Of a DNA stretch of 64,000 nucleotides, positions 12,596 to 24,315 are shown one piece after another. Source of the DNA: Dipteris shenzhenensis (taxonomy: Eukaryota). The DNA is taken from assembly GCA_047967505.1 (NCBI GenBank), contig CM106538.1; one strand, 5' to 3'. The position numbers and the translations under genes were made by a program. The notes beneath the pieces are model-generated. The model had not been told where the DNA came from, made no database searches, and worked only from the letters and a program-made list of their open reading frames with translations. Each line of letters begins with the position of its first letter. Within the stretch, counting starts at the first letter, position 1.

Positions 12596-15075
12596 GAGCG
12601 CCTGCAGATCCTCATGCTCTCACGAATGATCTGGGGGAAACCGTCTGTGCCACATCACATCCTTCATGCCGAGTTTGGTGCTTCTCTACTCCAGCTAGAT
12701 GCAGCCTTTCAGACCATCACATATCTACACCGGGTTAGATCATATGGGGACTGCACATCAGGGAGACAGAGGTTGCCATGGTTGGCTCTCAATTCCTCCA
12801 TGAGGTTGGCAACAGAGGGAGACGAGCAATGCTGGTATGCACGGACTCACAGATGGTTTGTGAGACTAGGGTTCCATATCGATAGGATACCTCCTTTTCA
12901 GTACAGTTTAGATGCCCCTCCGGTACTCCCACCCACCATCCCGATTGGGCCACACACCAACCAGGTCATTCGAGAGGATCTCCTACAGCTACACACCTTT
13001 AGGACTGAGGGAGCTTCTAGTGAAGCTGAGTTTCTACAGAGATTACTATCTTCGTATTTTGGAGGAGGGATTCATCACACCACCAGGGTACACTGAGCTT
13101 CATATGCTTCACTCACTACGGATCTCCATCGGACAGTTTCAGGTATCATCACACCGCCTCCGCATAGAGAGCGGCAGAGCAGAGGGCATTCCTAGGGAGC
13201 ATCACTTATGCATATTGTGCGACTGTTAGGAGGTTGAGTCGGAGGAGCATTTTATTTTCATGTGCCCAGTGTACTACGAGATCCAAGGTCGCTACCACTG
13301 TCTCTTCAGAGATGGCTCCGGGCTCCTTTCCAGATTCGTCGCCTACCCAGATCAGAGATGCCTCGCGGCCTTCATTCACGAGGGGGTCCAACACAGAGAG
13401 TACTTACTCAGGCAACGGGGCTTGGCCACATCATCAGACACCTCTCAGAGCAAGATCACAGAGTTCTTCCCATCGAGTGACATTGATCGTCCAGTCTCTA
13501 GCCGCAGACGTGACAGAGACCCCAACCCGACGACCATAGCACGACACACGAGACATCGAGGGGACACACAAATCACTCTAGGGGACCTCCCGTCATTGTT
13601 TAGACCCAGGATACGTCCCACAAGAGTCACAGTGGCTCTGGTCTTGCGTTGAGCCTCGTCTAGGAGATCGAGATGCACGGCACCCCTTGATGGGCGCCAG
13701 CATCCCATCACCAGCTATGCACCAGCTAGGGCGACATGACATACAGAGGATTCTACATCCAGATGTATTTGATTATGCATGATCAGACTTAGGATTCAGC
13801 ACAGGTGATGATGTTCGTTTCAGTAGCTCCACCCTTACTATGATTTGTATCAGGTTTTCTTTCAGTGTCATAGACCCATCGGTCTTCCGAAGACTCTAAC
13901 TTTCTCTCACTCTACACAGTACTAGGACCCAGGACAATCGTCGGGCTGAACCCCCCAAAGGATTTTATTTCTTGAGAGAAAAAGGAATACAAGAGTTCAG
14001 CGTAGAGCTGCTGTTACAAATTCAAAACGTGAATCCTTTTTAATAAAGAGCTCATGGCTCAATACTTTGGCAACATGCCAAGTGTCAAAATAAACTAACT
14101 AAAATTTAGTACATGCCACAAAGGGCAATCTCTAGGGTCTTCGATGTTCCTTGGTCACACGAACAACTTCCGGTCGCTTGCTAAGCTCCTTAGCGCTTGG
14201 GAAATCAACCTTTCTTAGTACTTGCAACAATTAATTAAAGTGCACCACCATGGCACCCATTAATTGTTAGTGCTTTTGCATGCAAATAATAGACGGTGGA
14301 CTAATTCTAGTCACGGTTGGCATCCCGACTGAACACATATGCGTACAACATAAAACATTTCTCTGGTTGACCGAGATCAACCCTCTTGATCATGATTAAG
14401 GGGCTTTGACCAAGGGTCGAGCCGCCTTAATTATAATCAAGTCTCTCCAACCGAAGTTGGCACATCTTGGTTAACCGCAATTAACCCTCTTGGAATAAAC
14501 CAAGTCTTCCTGACCGCTTACTTGACCGAAGTCAGGCTTACTTGACCGAAGTCAAGTATCTTTGACCAGTCATTTCTTTGACCAATAGAAGAACTCTTTT
14601 TGACCATAATTAACCTAGATGGAAAACTCTTTAATTATGATCATATACTTCAACTTAGGATATTTACATTGTGGTGGCATTGTCCTTGATATCCTTGACT
14701 GCATAATCCTTGTGTGTGTAACCTCCACAAGAGTGGGCATCATCACGCTTGAGGTTCACATAATCAGAGAAGGACATCTCAAGTTTGATGGCCTCAAGTA
14801 GGGCCTTATATGCACGCAAAGAATATACCAACATGTCATCAAAAGTGGCTTGCTGCCCACCACCAACCCCCTGTTGCGTAGTAGCTGCTGCCATCTGATG
14901 CACTGGCTATATGTGCTCGCTAGCTGAGCGATGGGTGCATGAACCCCGGGCTGGGTCTCTCTGCCAAATGCATCTCTCCAAAATGATGGCATACCAAAGG
15001 GCTGAGAAGAGGACTAACCTCTCTCCAAAGGGTGTGGGCTGCCATATAAACCCAAGCCAACTCCATGCATACTCG

Positions 15076-17506
15076 ACATAGCATCCTGCCATTCTATGAT
15101 ATCCATCGTTTCCTCGAAGGATCTAGGCTTTCCAAGCTGAGCCACCATAGCATGGTTCGCGGAGGAAGTCTTCACGTTGCGTTGAGACCGCCGTGCTCCG
15201 GAACCGCTCTCAGGAATGTCAATGACCCGTGAGTCTTCAAATACCACGGAGGTAGCTTTCTCTGGTAGAGGTGCCTTTGCTGGAGATGCCTTCAGAGCCG
15301 ATACTGGAACGTCTTGCTCCTCCTCCTCCTCCTCCTCCTCAGGTTATTCAGTCGTCTCCACCTCCTTGATGGTGACCTTGGGTGGCAGTAGTGTCAGAAG
15401 TTCCTGAACCTCTTCTGTAGCCTGGGACTCTCTCTCCTTGAAGATCATGTCCCTGCTGATAAGGATCTGCTTCTTCAACGGGTCATAAAGGCGATAGGCC
15501 TTGAATTATTCACTGTATCCCACAAAGATACATCTTCTGCTATGGGAATCAAGCTTCGTCCGCTCATCTTTATGCACATGAACAAATGCATTAGAACCGA
15601 AAGTCCATAAATGAGATATGGTCGGTTTCTTACCATAGTAAGCTTCATATGGAGTTTTATCATCAACAGCCTTGGTCTTGGTTCTATTATGGATGTGAAC
15701 GGCAGTGTTCACGGCTTCACCCCAGTAAGCTTTCGAAAGATTTCTCCCTCTCAACATGCTCAAACCTGTCTCTATGATGGTCATGTGCTTTCGCTCAGCA
15801 ACTCCATTCTGCTGAGATGAGCGAGCTATAGTGAGTTGCCGCTTGATCCCGTGCTTCTTGCAAAATCCATTGAACTCGGTAGAAGTGAGCTCCCCCCCTC
15901 TGTCTATGCAGAAGGCTCTACCTACCTCCTCCCTCTCACCATGAGCAACCACATTTCCATCTACCTTGGATGTGACAGTGACTTTGCCAGTGTCGAATAG
16001 GACCAACATGTTGTGCTTGTCCATTTGGCTGACAAACAAAAGGTTCGTGCACAAAGTGGGTACATAGAGGATACCGGAAATCAGCTCCTCATTTCCTACA
16101 GTCGTGATGAATGGGATACTACCAACACCCTTTACAGAGCATGTCCTGTTATCCCCCACAGTGGCCTCGGAGTCAGGATGTGTACCTTCCATGGTCTTTG
16201 AACCACTCCTTGTTGGACATGTGTTTTGAGGCTTCATTGTCCACGTACCAACCTTCCTTGCCTTCACTAACTGCGTAGGCTGAGCAATACTCAATAATGA
16301 TAAAGAGAGCGCCGGTAGTGATGTTGGCCGACTCAGTCTTTGGCTCCTCCTTGGCTTTGGACTCCCTCCGCTTGAGGTCTGCCTTCTTCTTGCGGCATTC
16401 CTTAGCTGAATGACCAAGCTTTTCACAGTAGAAGCATTTCATCTTCCTCTCTCTCTCTCCATCCTCGGTCTTGTAGTTCTTGGAATCCTTGAACTTGCCG
16501 TTGCTTGGCTAGTCCCTTAACACGAGTGCTTTCTCATCCGATTGATTGAATAGTTTCTCCCGAGCCTCTTCGTGCAATAGTAAAGGGCCAAGCTCTTCGA
16601 ATGTGAGAGGCTTGGTCCTCGGTCCTCCAGTGACTGTCATCACAAAACTCTTGAAACTTCAAGGTAGCTTGTGAAGTGTCAACAAAGCTAGATGACTTTA
16701 GTCTACCTTTTGACCAACTGCTACGAGTTGATCCCTCACCACCTTGACTTTCGTCAGACGGTCATGAACATTGTCTCCCTCACTCATATCCAGATTGTAT
16801 AACTGATGCTGGAGAGTGAGGATACGAGACGTGTTACCTGTTTCGTAACGATCCTTCAGGATGGCCCACGCCTCTACAAACGTCTTCGCCATCTAAATGT
16901 GGGGAATTATTGTATCGGCAAGGCTAGGGCTTGGGCATCTATGTCTTCCCACGCTGCGAGATCGTCCGCATCTACTGGAATCAAAATTCTTTCTTTCTTG
17001 TCCAGAACATCCTCTGGCCTCTCTTCAACACCCGTCACGAGCTTCCAGAGTTTCCGAGCCACAAGATGGCTCCGGATATTCACCTTCCATATGGGATAGT
17101 TAGTCCCATTGAACTTCCCAGACTCGCCAAAGTTAGGAATGAATGAAGAAGGAAGATGAGAAAAGGAGGAGGAAGGATGACCATGGGATGAAGAGGCTAT
17201 AGATGGTTCCTTCTCTTCCATCTTCGCTATAATAGCAAACAGCAAACTGAAAAATGGACTTGCAGTAGAGAACTTGACCACGCAGCAAACCTACGTGTCG
17301 ATTGGAGCCGCCTTCTTGCTGAGAAACTCCCTTCTAAAGCTGGAAACCTTGCTCTGATACCATGTTGGAAATAGGAGGATCGAATCTCTCACACCTCTCA
17401 CTCCGATCTCAGCTCATACAACACTCAGAAACCTCAGATAGCGGACGCATCTTGGAAGCACGATGGTGGCACCAGTTCGAAGTCCGACTAGATATCAGCA
17501 TCCCAA
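15076..17506 (-). mobile_element. Ty1/Copia element, 3'-truncated (part of 5' LTR, PBS, gag, PR, INT; no RT or RH)
   Basis: PBS TGGTATCAGAGC at 17351-17362 next to the LTR end at 17363; gag KFNGTNYPIWK; knuckle CFYCEKLGHSAKEC; PR WYVDNEASKHM; INT DRGGELTS..QQNGVAERKH; stops at EWQDAM, just before RT. Confidence 0.9.
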
Positions 17507-17840
17507 TGTTAGAAATCACTGATCCCACTTGTGAGGCCCCGATTGGGGGGACAAAGGGGCAGTAGATTGTAGGGGGTAGGGTAGGCACCAGTACATCCTG
17601 AAGGGGCCAGTGATAGGGACCCCTTTTATAGACCAGGGGCTGGATCAGGTAAACTGACCAGAAGGGGCCGACTCAGCCCCTTCAGCCGACCTGGGCAGCA
17701 TCCCTGTGGAAAGCCCTGCAGTCAACTGTTTGGCCGACCAACCAAGCCCAAGTCTGGGCCTATACAAGGCCCTGCTGTAGGGCATTTGCTGCCCTACAGC
17801 CAGCCTTGAACCAGGCCCCTTTGGAGCCCCTAGTGGAACT
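17507..17840. repeat. GC-rich LTR-like fragment of unresolved origin
   Basis: Starts TGTTAGAAAT and has ccttttatag and ggccgacc motifs like other LTRs in the window; no partner or TSD. Confidence 0.4.
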
Positions 17841-20800
17841 ACTGAGGTTGTCCATGTAGTCTGATGCTGATTCATCAAGCTCCTCAATGACCGAGGTTTT
17901 TGAAGCTGTTGCTGAACCAATTGACGCGGCTCCTACTGCTAGAAGCTTCCGGTAAGTGGTAATGCGGGCAATCTTCCTTAATATAGCCCGATACATGACA
18001 ATGGGAGCATCGATTCTCTTTGGCATAGAGTGTTCGTGTCGCTTTATCCAAGTACCGGCCATAGCCGTTGCTGTCCTTCGCCATCCAGCTCTTCTTCTGC
18101 TGCCCATTCCCACCATCAGCTAGCATGGAATCCAAGGACTTCGTACTGTTGACCTGCTTGGATCCTTGACCCTTGTGCATGAGCTCAAAATTTTGAGCAA
18201 GCTCGTATGCATACTCATAATCCCGTGGCCTGAAACCTCTGACATACCACTGGATGTCTGTACGCACCCCATGGAGAAATTTGCTCAGCTTCTGACTATC
18301 CTCCAGCTGCAACTATATAAACACCTGAGTGAATTTATTGGCATAATGATTCATCGTCTCGGTGTCGCCTTGGCGTAGCTCGTAGTACTGACTCTGGAGC
18401 CTGTCCAAGTACTGCGGCGACGAGAACCATGTGTTGGAATGGTCACCTCCCCATCTGTAAGCCCCCATATGAGGAGAGCATGGGGGAGGGAGACCTAGGG
18501 CAGAAGATGCCCAGAGAAGAGAGAGGGAGGGGGCTGCCACATGGGCAGCACCTCACAGCCAAGAGAGGAGGATCCCTGAAGGAACAGTACGGGACAGCAT
18601 CGTGGCTGTACGGGACTGTGCAGATCCTTGGAGGCATTGACATCAGCAGGGTGTACGGAACTGTACAGCGCTGGAGAAGGGCCTGGCAAAGGCGCTTGCA
18701 TGACGGGGTCCTTGGCAAAGTATATGGGCAGGTCTATGGCCTGCAAGAAGGGCTGGCAGGTGGCAGGACAGCAGCAGCAAAGGGGCTGGACCCTGCATGG
18801 AACAAAGGGCCAGCAAAGAGCCCTAAATAGGGCTGTATAGGCAGCCAACCAGCCAACCAACTGGTCGGTTGGTTAGGGCTGCTACAGACCAGCCAGTCGG
18901 CCCATTTAGGGCTGGCTGGTCGGTTGGTTCAAGGGGGCCTTGAGCCCTATATAAGGAGAGGCTCTTGGCCTCATTTCATCATCCAACTATCCAGCAGTTC
19001 AAGGAGCAGACAGGAGCAACCAGGAGCTACTCCCTTGGGCCTCACACTGGGGGTAAAGGAGAGTTGAAGGTGAGCTGCAGACCTTCTGGAGCAGCCATTC
19101 ATAAGCAGGTTGGAGCAGTGGAACAGGGACCTGTGTGCTGCAGACAAAGCTTGGCAGGGGCTGCCCACCTAGGCGGATTCACAGGCAGTAAGGTGGAGAA
19201 GAACACACTGGACCGAAAGTCTACAGAAGCTCGAGGTGGAGCACGCGGGCTCGAGTCTAGAGATAGCCGGCAAATAGGAGAAGGACCTTGTGGTTAGATC
19301 AGAGGACCACACCATTGGTGGGACTCAGGATCTATCTCTTTTGTATTGTGTCCATAGTTTTGGACGGAAATATATATTTTGGTGGTTTCTCTATCTGTTC
19401 AATTCATTGTCTATTGATGAGTCTGCACATCTATTTGTATGCACATTAAGAAAAGAAGTTTGTGATTCCACACCCACACCACACTGTGTGAGCTCCTAGG
19501 CATTACTATAAGTCTTCCGTTGCGTGTACCCTTTGTTGGGTATTTTCAACACCATGATCGAAGATCGTTCACGAATTCAATCCAGCTGTAGAAAGGTGTC
19601 TCCTCGTCTGCATCATAGTGGTCCTTCTACCACTTGAGCCACTAGGTGTGCCTCGCCTGTGAGGTGCATGGATGCTAGGATGCACCGCTCGTTGTCCTTC
19701 GTAGGCATCACTGAAAAACAGCTTTCGAACTGATTGAGCCACAAAGTCAACACTAAGGGTTCCTGCTTACCATCGTACTATGTGAAGTTGAGCTTCCCCG
19801 AGAAGGAGGGCTTGGCCGAAGGTGGAAGTCTCTCCATTTCTCCCCCCGCTGGTTGGAGTAGAGAAATGAGAAGCCGCCGGTCTCGTTCTTCCTTCTTTTC
19901 TCGAGCAGTACATTCTCAAAGTTCCTTGGCCTCCTCAGCCTCATGGTCCCAGAGTTCCTTGGCTTCCCGATCCTCTCGATCACATTTTTCTTTTGCTTCC
20001 CAAGCCTCGCGATCACGTTCTTCTTCTACCTCCCGAGCTAGCCTTTCGCGCTCTCTGGCAGCCTGCTCGCGATCTTCCCCCTTCTCATGAAGCTGGGTTA
20101 TGCAGGTGAAGAGAGCCTCTGATTGTTGTTTTTGCAACTGCATCATAGTCTGCAACATGGCTGTCATGACAGACATGGAAGTGTGTACAGGATTCTGTGG
20201 TAGAGGTGGTGGTGGCTGTTCAAGCACTGAACCCTCACCCCCCCCCTGTGTTGGACTGCCCACTGGTGCTCATGGTGTCCTTGCCGGATCTTGTCTGGAC
20301 CATAAAACAATAGAACTGCCCCTAAACTGACCCTCCCTATCTCAAGAAAGAAAACTGAAGCTCTGATACCAATGTAACGGGAAATAGACTATTCTCACTC
20401 TCTCTGCTGCTCAATACTAACTGCAACTGCAAGATGATGCACTCAATACACAAAGTGATGCCGTGGATGTGAGTGAGAGAATCAGAGGGAGAGAATGTAG
20501 TGGACCTCCGAAGAGGAAATAGATACAACTGAATAATGAATGCCCAAAGGGCTGAATACAACTGTATGAAGGGACTGAAACCCTCACTGCAAAACTAGAA
20601 AGACTAGACTACCTAGAGGAGGTGAACCCTTGCTAGATCCCTCAAGAGCCTCAGGCTACCCTGCTGGTCTGCTGCAGGGAGGCCTTGCTGCTGCTATTCT
20701 GAGGGCTGACGTGCCCAACTGTGGGATGAAGAATGAGGGCCAAAAGGTGCCCTTTTATAGCCTGGCCGACCTGCGATGATGTGGCATTGACTGTCTGTTG

Positions 20801-20917
20801 ACTGTATGCTGATTGCTGACTGTGCAAGGCTGCCTGCATGGCTGTACAGATGCCTGCGTGGCAGTTGACCTGGCTGCCTGCGTTGGCACCAGCTAGCATG
20901 GCCACGGGCCCGTGACA
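17840..20917 (-). mobile_element. Gypsy element 3: 5' LTR, PBS and gag only, truncated after gag
   Basis: LTR at 20373-20917 with termini TGTAACGGG/CCCGTGACA; iMet PBS at 20360-20371; gag 19916-20263 and 17884-18431 (LRQGDTETMNHYANKF, CSHCHVSGYIKEDC). Confidence 0.85.
18432..19551 (+). mobile_element. Solo LTR (family A) inserted in the gag of element 3
   Basis: Termini TGTTGGAA...TTTCAACA; TSD CCATG at 18427-18431 and 19552-19556; TATA-like CTATATAAGG near 18948. Confidence 0.95.
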
Positions 20918-22300
20918 GTGGGCATGATGCCATGTGGGTGGTTGTAGATACATTGATTGAGATGTTCCAGCAAAGACAACAATTTTTGCTCCACAAATGG
21001 CAAGCTGTTTGTTGAGAAGTCATTTAGGGGCTTCCAGTTGAGATCATCAGTAACCATGATCCTTAAGTTCACGGATCATCTCTGGTGAGAAGTGTTCAAA
21101 ACTTTGGACATTAAACTTAGTATAAGCTCCTCCGAACATCATGAGTCAGATGGAGGCTCCGAACATCATGAGTCAGATGGAGGAACGGAGCAAGTTAATT
21201 ACACTCTTGAGGATATGCTCATGCATATCTTTCAAAAGCAATCTAGCTGGGAAGAGTATCTTCCCATGGATGAGTTTCCACATAATAACATAAAATATAC
21301 AGCGAGTCCATTCGTCTTTATCAATGGAGTCCAGCCTAAGACTCCGCGGACTGTTGGCCTGCAAAACATTAACGTATGAGAAGCTACTGATTTTCTGCAA
21401 TTGCAATAGAACATGTTGAAATTTGCTAAGGAAAACCTTTGCACGGCACTCAATTTTATGCAAATCAGAAGCTCTCACCTCAAGTGTTTGCAGAGGGGCC
21501 ATGTGTTTACCTCAGGATCCCCAAAGATTCTTGAGTATTCCAAACGGGTGAAGTTTATAAACTGTTATTGCGGACCTTTTAAGATTCTCCACGCAATTAA
21601 TAATGCAGCTTGTGATGCAATTATTTCCTAATGTGAAGGTATATACTGTAAGTCGCCTAAAGGAAGAATTATGCACAGTCGACAGTTGAGTTTCAGTAAA
21701 GGAGCTTGTTTAATTACAAGATCTATCAGTATATAATCCAATAAAACCAGAAGTAGTTCTGGATTATAGACAGAGACTCTCAGAAATAGGTTGGTCCCTG
21801 AGCTTCTTATTAAATGGAAGGATAGATCTATTTGGGAGATGTCGAATCTATGCAGCAACAATTTCCTAGACTAGAAACGTCCTAGTATAGGTGGATTTGT
21901 GGTGGGAAAAATGTTATGCCCCCATGAGCTACATAAATGATAAGGTTATGTCCACACAGTGGACCCTTTGAAATGGGTCAATTTTACTTTAGGGCCAATC
22001 CACTCGTGGCCTTGGAACACCCTCAGTGAGTCTATAGATATGAGTTAAGGGCTCATATGTGGGCTAATATGTGGGCATCCCTCAGGATTGACTCCTTGGA
22101 ATACCGATACCCAGAGCAGGCCTATGCCAAGTGTGGCCTAACACGTGGATTGGTGCACCCCCAGGATTTGGGACATCGGGGTTTTGGCCATGGACGGAGT
22201 GCGTTGCTTCTCTAACATCAAGCACGGAGGGTGGTCTGTTATATTAGATCTACTGCTAGGTGTTGAGCTCGGCTTGGTTAAAGGGGAGACCCTAGAATAT
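20918..22300 (+). mobile_element. Decayed Gypsy integrase/chromodomain remnant with probable start of a 3' LTR
   Basis: GHDAMWVVVD, SEHHESDGGTEQVNYTLEDML and LIKWKD..W; purine tract GGTGGGAAAAA then TGTTATG at 21912; in-frame 27-bp duplication at 21130-21183. The right boundary is approximate. Confidence 0.7.
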
Positions 22301-22553
22301 TAGGCTATTAGCCAGACTTGCAAGCATATCAACAAAACAAATGAATGCACAATATATAACGAAAGCATGTAGAAGAGGCACAATTATAGCATGGGTTGAA
22401 AACAGATAACCTTGGTGACCCTAGACTATTGGGCTATTAACTAGAGTTGCAAGCATATCAACAAAACAAATGAATGCACAATGCATAACAAAAGCAGTGA
22501 TAAGAGAAGAGTAGAAAGCTGAAAACCATGTAGAAGAGGCACAATTATCATAC

Positions 22554-22683
22554 CGTATAATCCCATCCATACTTGTTAGCGAAGTGAATGGCAGATTCCT
22601 TGTCATTGAAGGTCAAGGCAGAATCTCCGACATGTGCATAAGGATCTCCTGTTGATGTCCACCCCATCAGTGGATTTTCCCAT
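22554..22683 (-). CDS. NDUFS4: NDUFS4 exon 3
   Basis: Encodes [43 protein letters not shown], with the hallmark WENPLMGW motif; AG/GT boundaries with consistent phase. Confidence 0.95.
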
Positions 22684-22823
22684 CTGATAGCCATAGCAAG
22701 AAAAACGTGTGCTTTTCACTCAATATACAAAATATTACCTTCACAAACACAATTGACTCACCCTTAACAATAGATTTTTAATGTATTGCACCGTATGCTA
22801 TTTCAAAGATGGTTAAAACATAC

Positions 22824-22912
22824 TTTTGAGTAGAAACAAAATTGATTTTCCATTTGCCCGTTTTGGCTGAGCCCTGCTGTGATGCTGTTCGAGCTGGGGA
22901 ATATATCACAAC
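22824..22912 (-). CDS. NDUFS4: NDUFS4 exon 2
   Basis: Encodes [30 protein letters not shown]; cAG acceptor and GTatgt donor. Confidence 0.95.
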
Positions 22913-24156
22913 CTGTTGTTCCACCATAATCACAAATAGCAATAAGAAACAAAATGCATCAACTAATCTATCATACATATGCTGATACAAACCATACAAT
23001 AAGACTTGCTGACATTTAAAAACACTATTTCTATTTTCAGCAGTGGTGAAAAGCCAGATCCAAAGACAACAAATTAAGGAAGTGGGGAAAAACAGGAAGA
23101 ACATGCCATGTATTCAACAAGAGAGACCATGCCAGTCTCGGTATATTAAAATAGAGTGGCGAACAGCACATTGTGCAACAAAAACAAAAGTGTACTCTAT
23201 TCATAAATGGTACTCTTGATAACACAAAAGTGAGCAATAAAGCATCGTTTAGTCTGCTTCATGTTTGAAGCCACATAGATGAATTGGCATGATACCTAGT
23301 TTCCCTTGCATGAATTGGCATGTTTTACGGTAAGGAAGGGCAGTCACATAGATGAAGCCACTTGAAGAAGGAGCATGGTCCTCCAAAAATACTTGCATGT
23401 TCAGATTGGATTTCTTGATGCCCAATCCTTGCATTCCTTTTCAGTGCACCACTGTATTTGTCTGCAATGCATCAGCAGGATGGCATGCATACAGTATATT
23501 CCTACCACATCCACCCTAACGCATCGTACCTTTGGCTACTTTATTCGTTGAAGCATAGGTCCATGCACTCTAGGTAATTACCCCGAAAATTCCCAAAGAT
23601 GACCTCAGAGGGCATATGGGATCCTAACCCCAATATGACACGTATATTGTAGCCGTGGCTTTAACGTGGCGTCCTTAGGGTTTGGATTCTCTGTCCAAAA
23701 GGGAGCCTTCTCCTTGAGAGAAACACTTTAAACATTAAAGGCATTGCATTGAAACTTTGAGAGCTTGTGCTGAAGGGAATTCCTGTCAACCTACTGCAAA
23801 CGGCATTGCACGACAGCTGGGCTTAGTCTTATTGCCAGACACACTTCGCAGGTAATCTCTATTTGTGGTTATAGAAGCTCATTGCGCCCCGTCAACATTG
23901 TTTTCTATATGACATAACGCTTAATGAAACCTTTGATAACGGAATTGCGGCCGATACACAATCGTTGCAGGAAAATAATCAGCTATAGCTTATCTTGGTA
24001 AACTTGCCGTTTATACCTGTCAGAAATTATTGCCTTAACGGAAAGGATATACGATTATCACTCGAGTTTTCCTTGAACCTTTCTAGCCAAACATTTGAGT
24101 GTGGATTCATACCAAACTGGGGAAACCAAAGGAATGATCAGGAGAATTTCACTAAC

Positions 24157-24315
24157 CCGACGCCGAAGATGCTCATCCGGGACACCAGAAATCTCTCCTA
24201 TTTCGCCAATTTTAACGGTTGCGGCCTCGGAAAAGGGGCGCCAATGATGAGATGAGGCGCCAATGCCAGATTTGAGGAAGCAGGCACGGATCGCAAACCG
24301 TCTAGCTCTCTCCAT
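24157..24315 (-). CDS. NDUFS4: NDUFS4 (mitochondrial complex I 18-kDa subunit, FRO1-like) exon 1
   Basis: ATG at 24315; Arg-rich presequence-like MERARRFAIRAC... followed by GEIGEISGVPDEHLRRR; GTtagt donor. Confidence 0.9.

Larger units (their letters stand above)
9838..13892 (+). mobile_element. Non-LTR retrotransposon (RTEX-like LINE) inserted in the 5' LTR of element 2; endonuclease region missing
   Basis: RT motifs FVDFRKAFDTV, GVKQGCPLSPTLFGLYID and LLYADDVALLS (10646-11200); C-terminal SSHRLRIESGR..PREHHLCILC..EEHFIFMCPVY; S/T/P-rich upstream ORF at 10220-10636. It interrupts the LTR next to its CT tract. No TSD was seen. Confidence 0.85.
5956..14679 (-). mobile_element. Internally deleted chromovirus-type Gypsy element 2 (LTR-PBS-gag-INT C-terminus/chromodomain-PPT-LTR)
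   Basis: TSD TTGTC at 5951-5955 and 14680-14684. 3' LTR at 5956-6877; 5' LTR at 9734-9837 plus ~13893-14679, split by a LINE. Degenerate iMet PBS at 9721-9732; PPT at 6878-6890; gag 7710-8285; INT WEKYLPLVEFAYNN (7289-7549); chromodomain YLVKFKNY..KWM (6848-7063). Confidence 0.92.
1920..15075 (-). mobile_element. Ty3/Gypsy element 1 (gag-PR-RT-RH-partial INT), decayed, with gag split by the insertion at 5956-14679
   Basis: gag at 14680-15075 plus 4859-5955 (CFKCGEKWTPEHREVC); protease LVDSGSTHSFI (4649-4834); RT with [10 protein letters not shown] (3766-4593); RNase H VEADANGKGLGAVL..ENVVADALSR (2900-3619); integrase Zn-finger (2597-2890) ending at IDFITGLPS. Removing the insertion restores KDIKD-KLTVHKFKG. 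Confidence 0.9.

Noticed and set aside
11753-12738. Many overlapping ORFs here and at 18313-19499, 58816-59618 and 61696-62544
   Set aside because: They lie inside GC-rich LTRs and have no recognisable motifs.
22285-22550. Diverged ~130-bp tandem duplication beside the exon 3 donor
   Set aside because: Real but intronic; it does not duplicate the GT donor and suggests no function.
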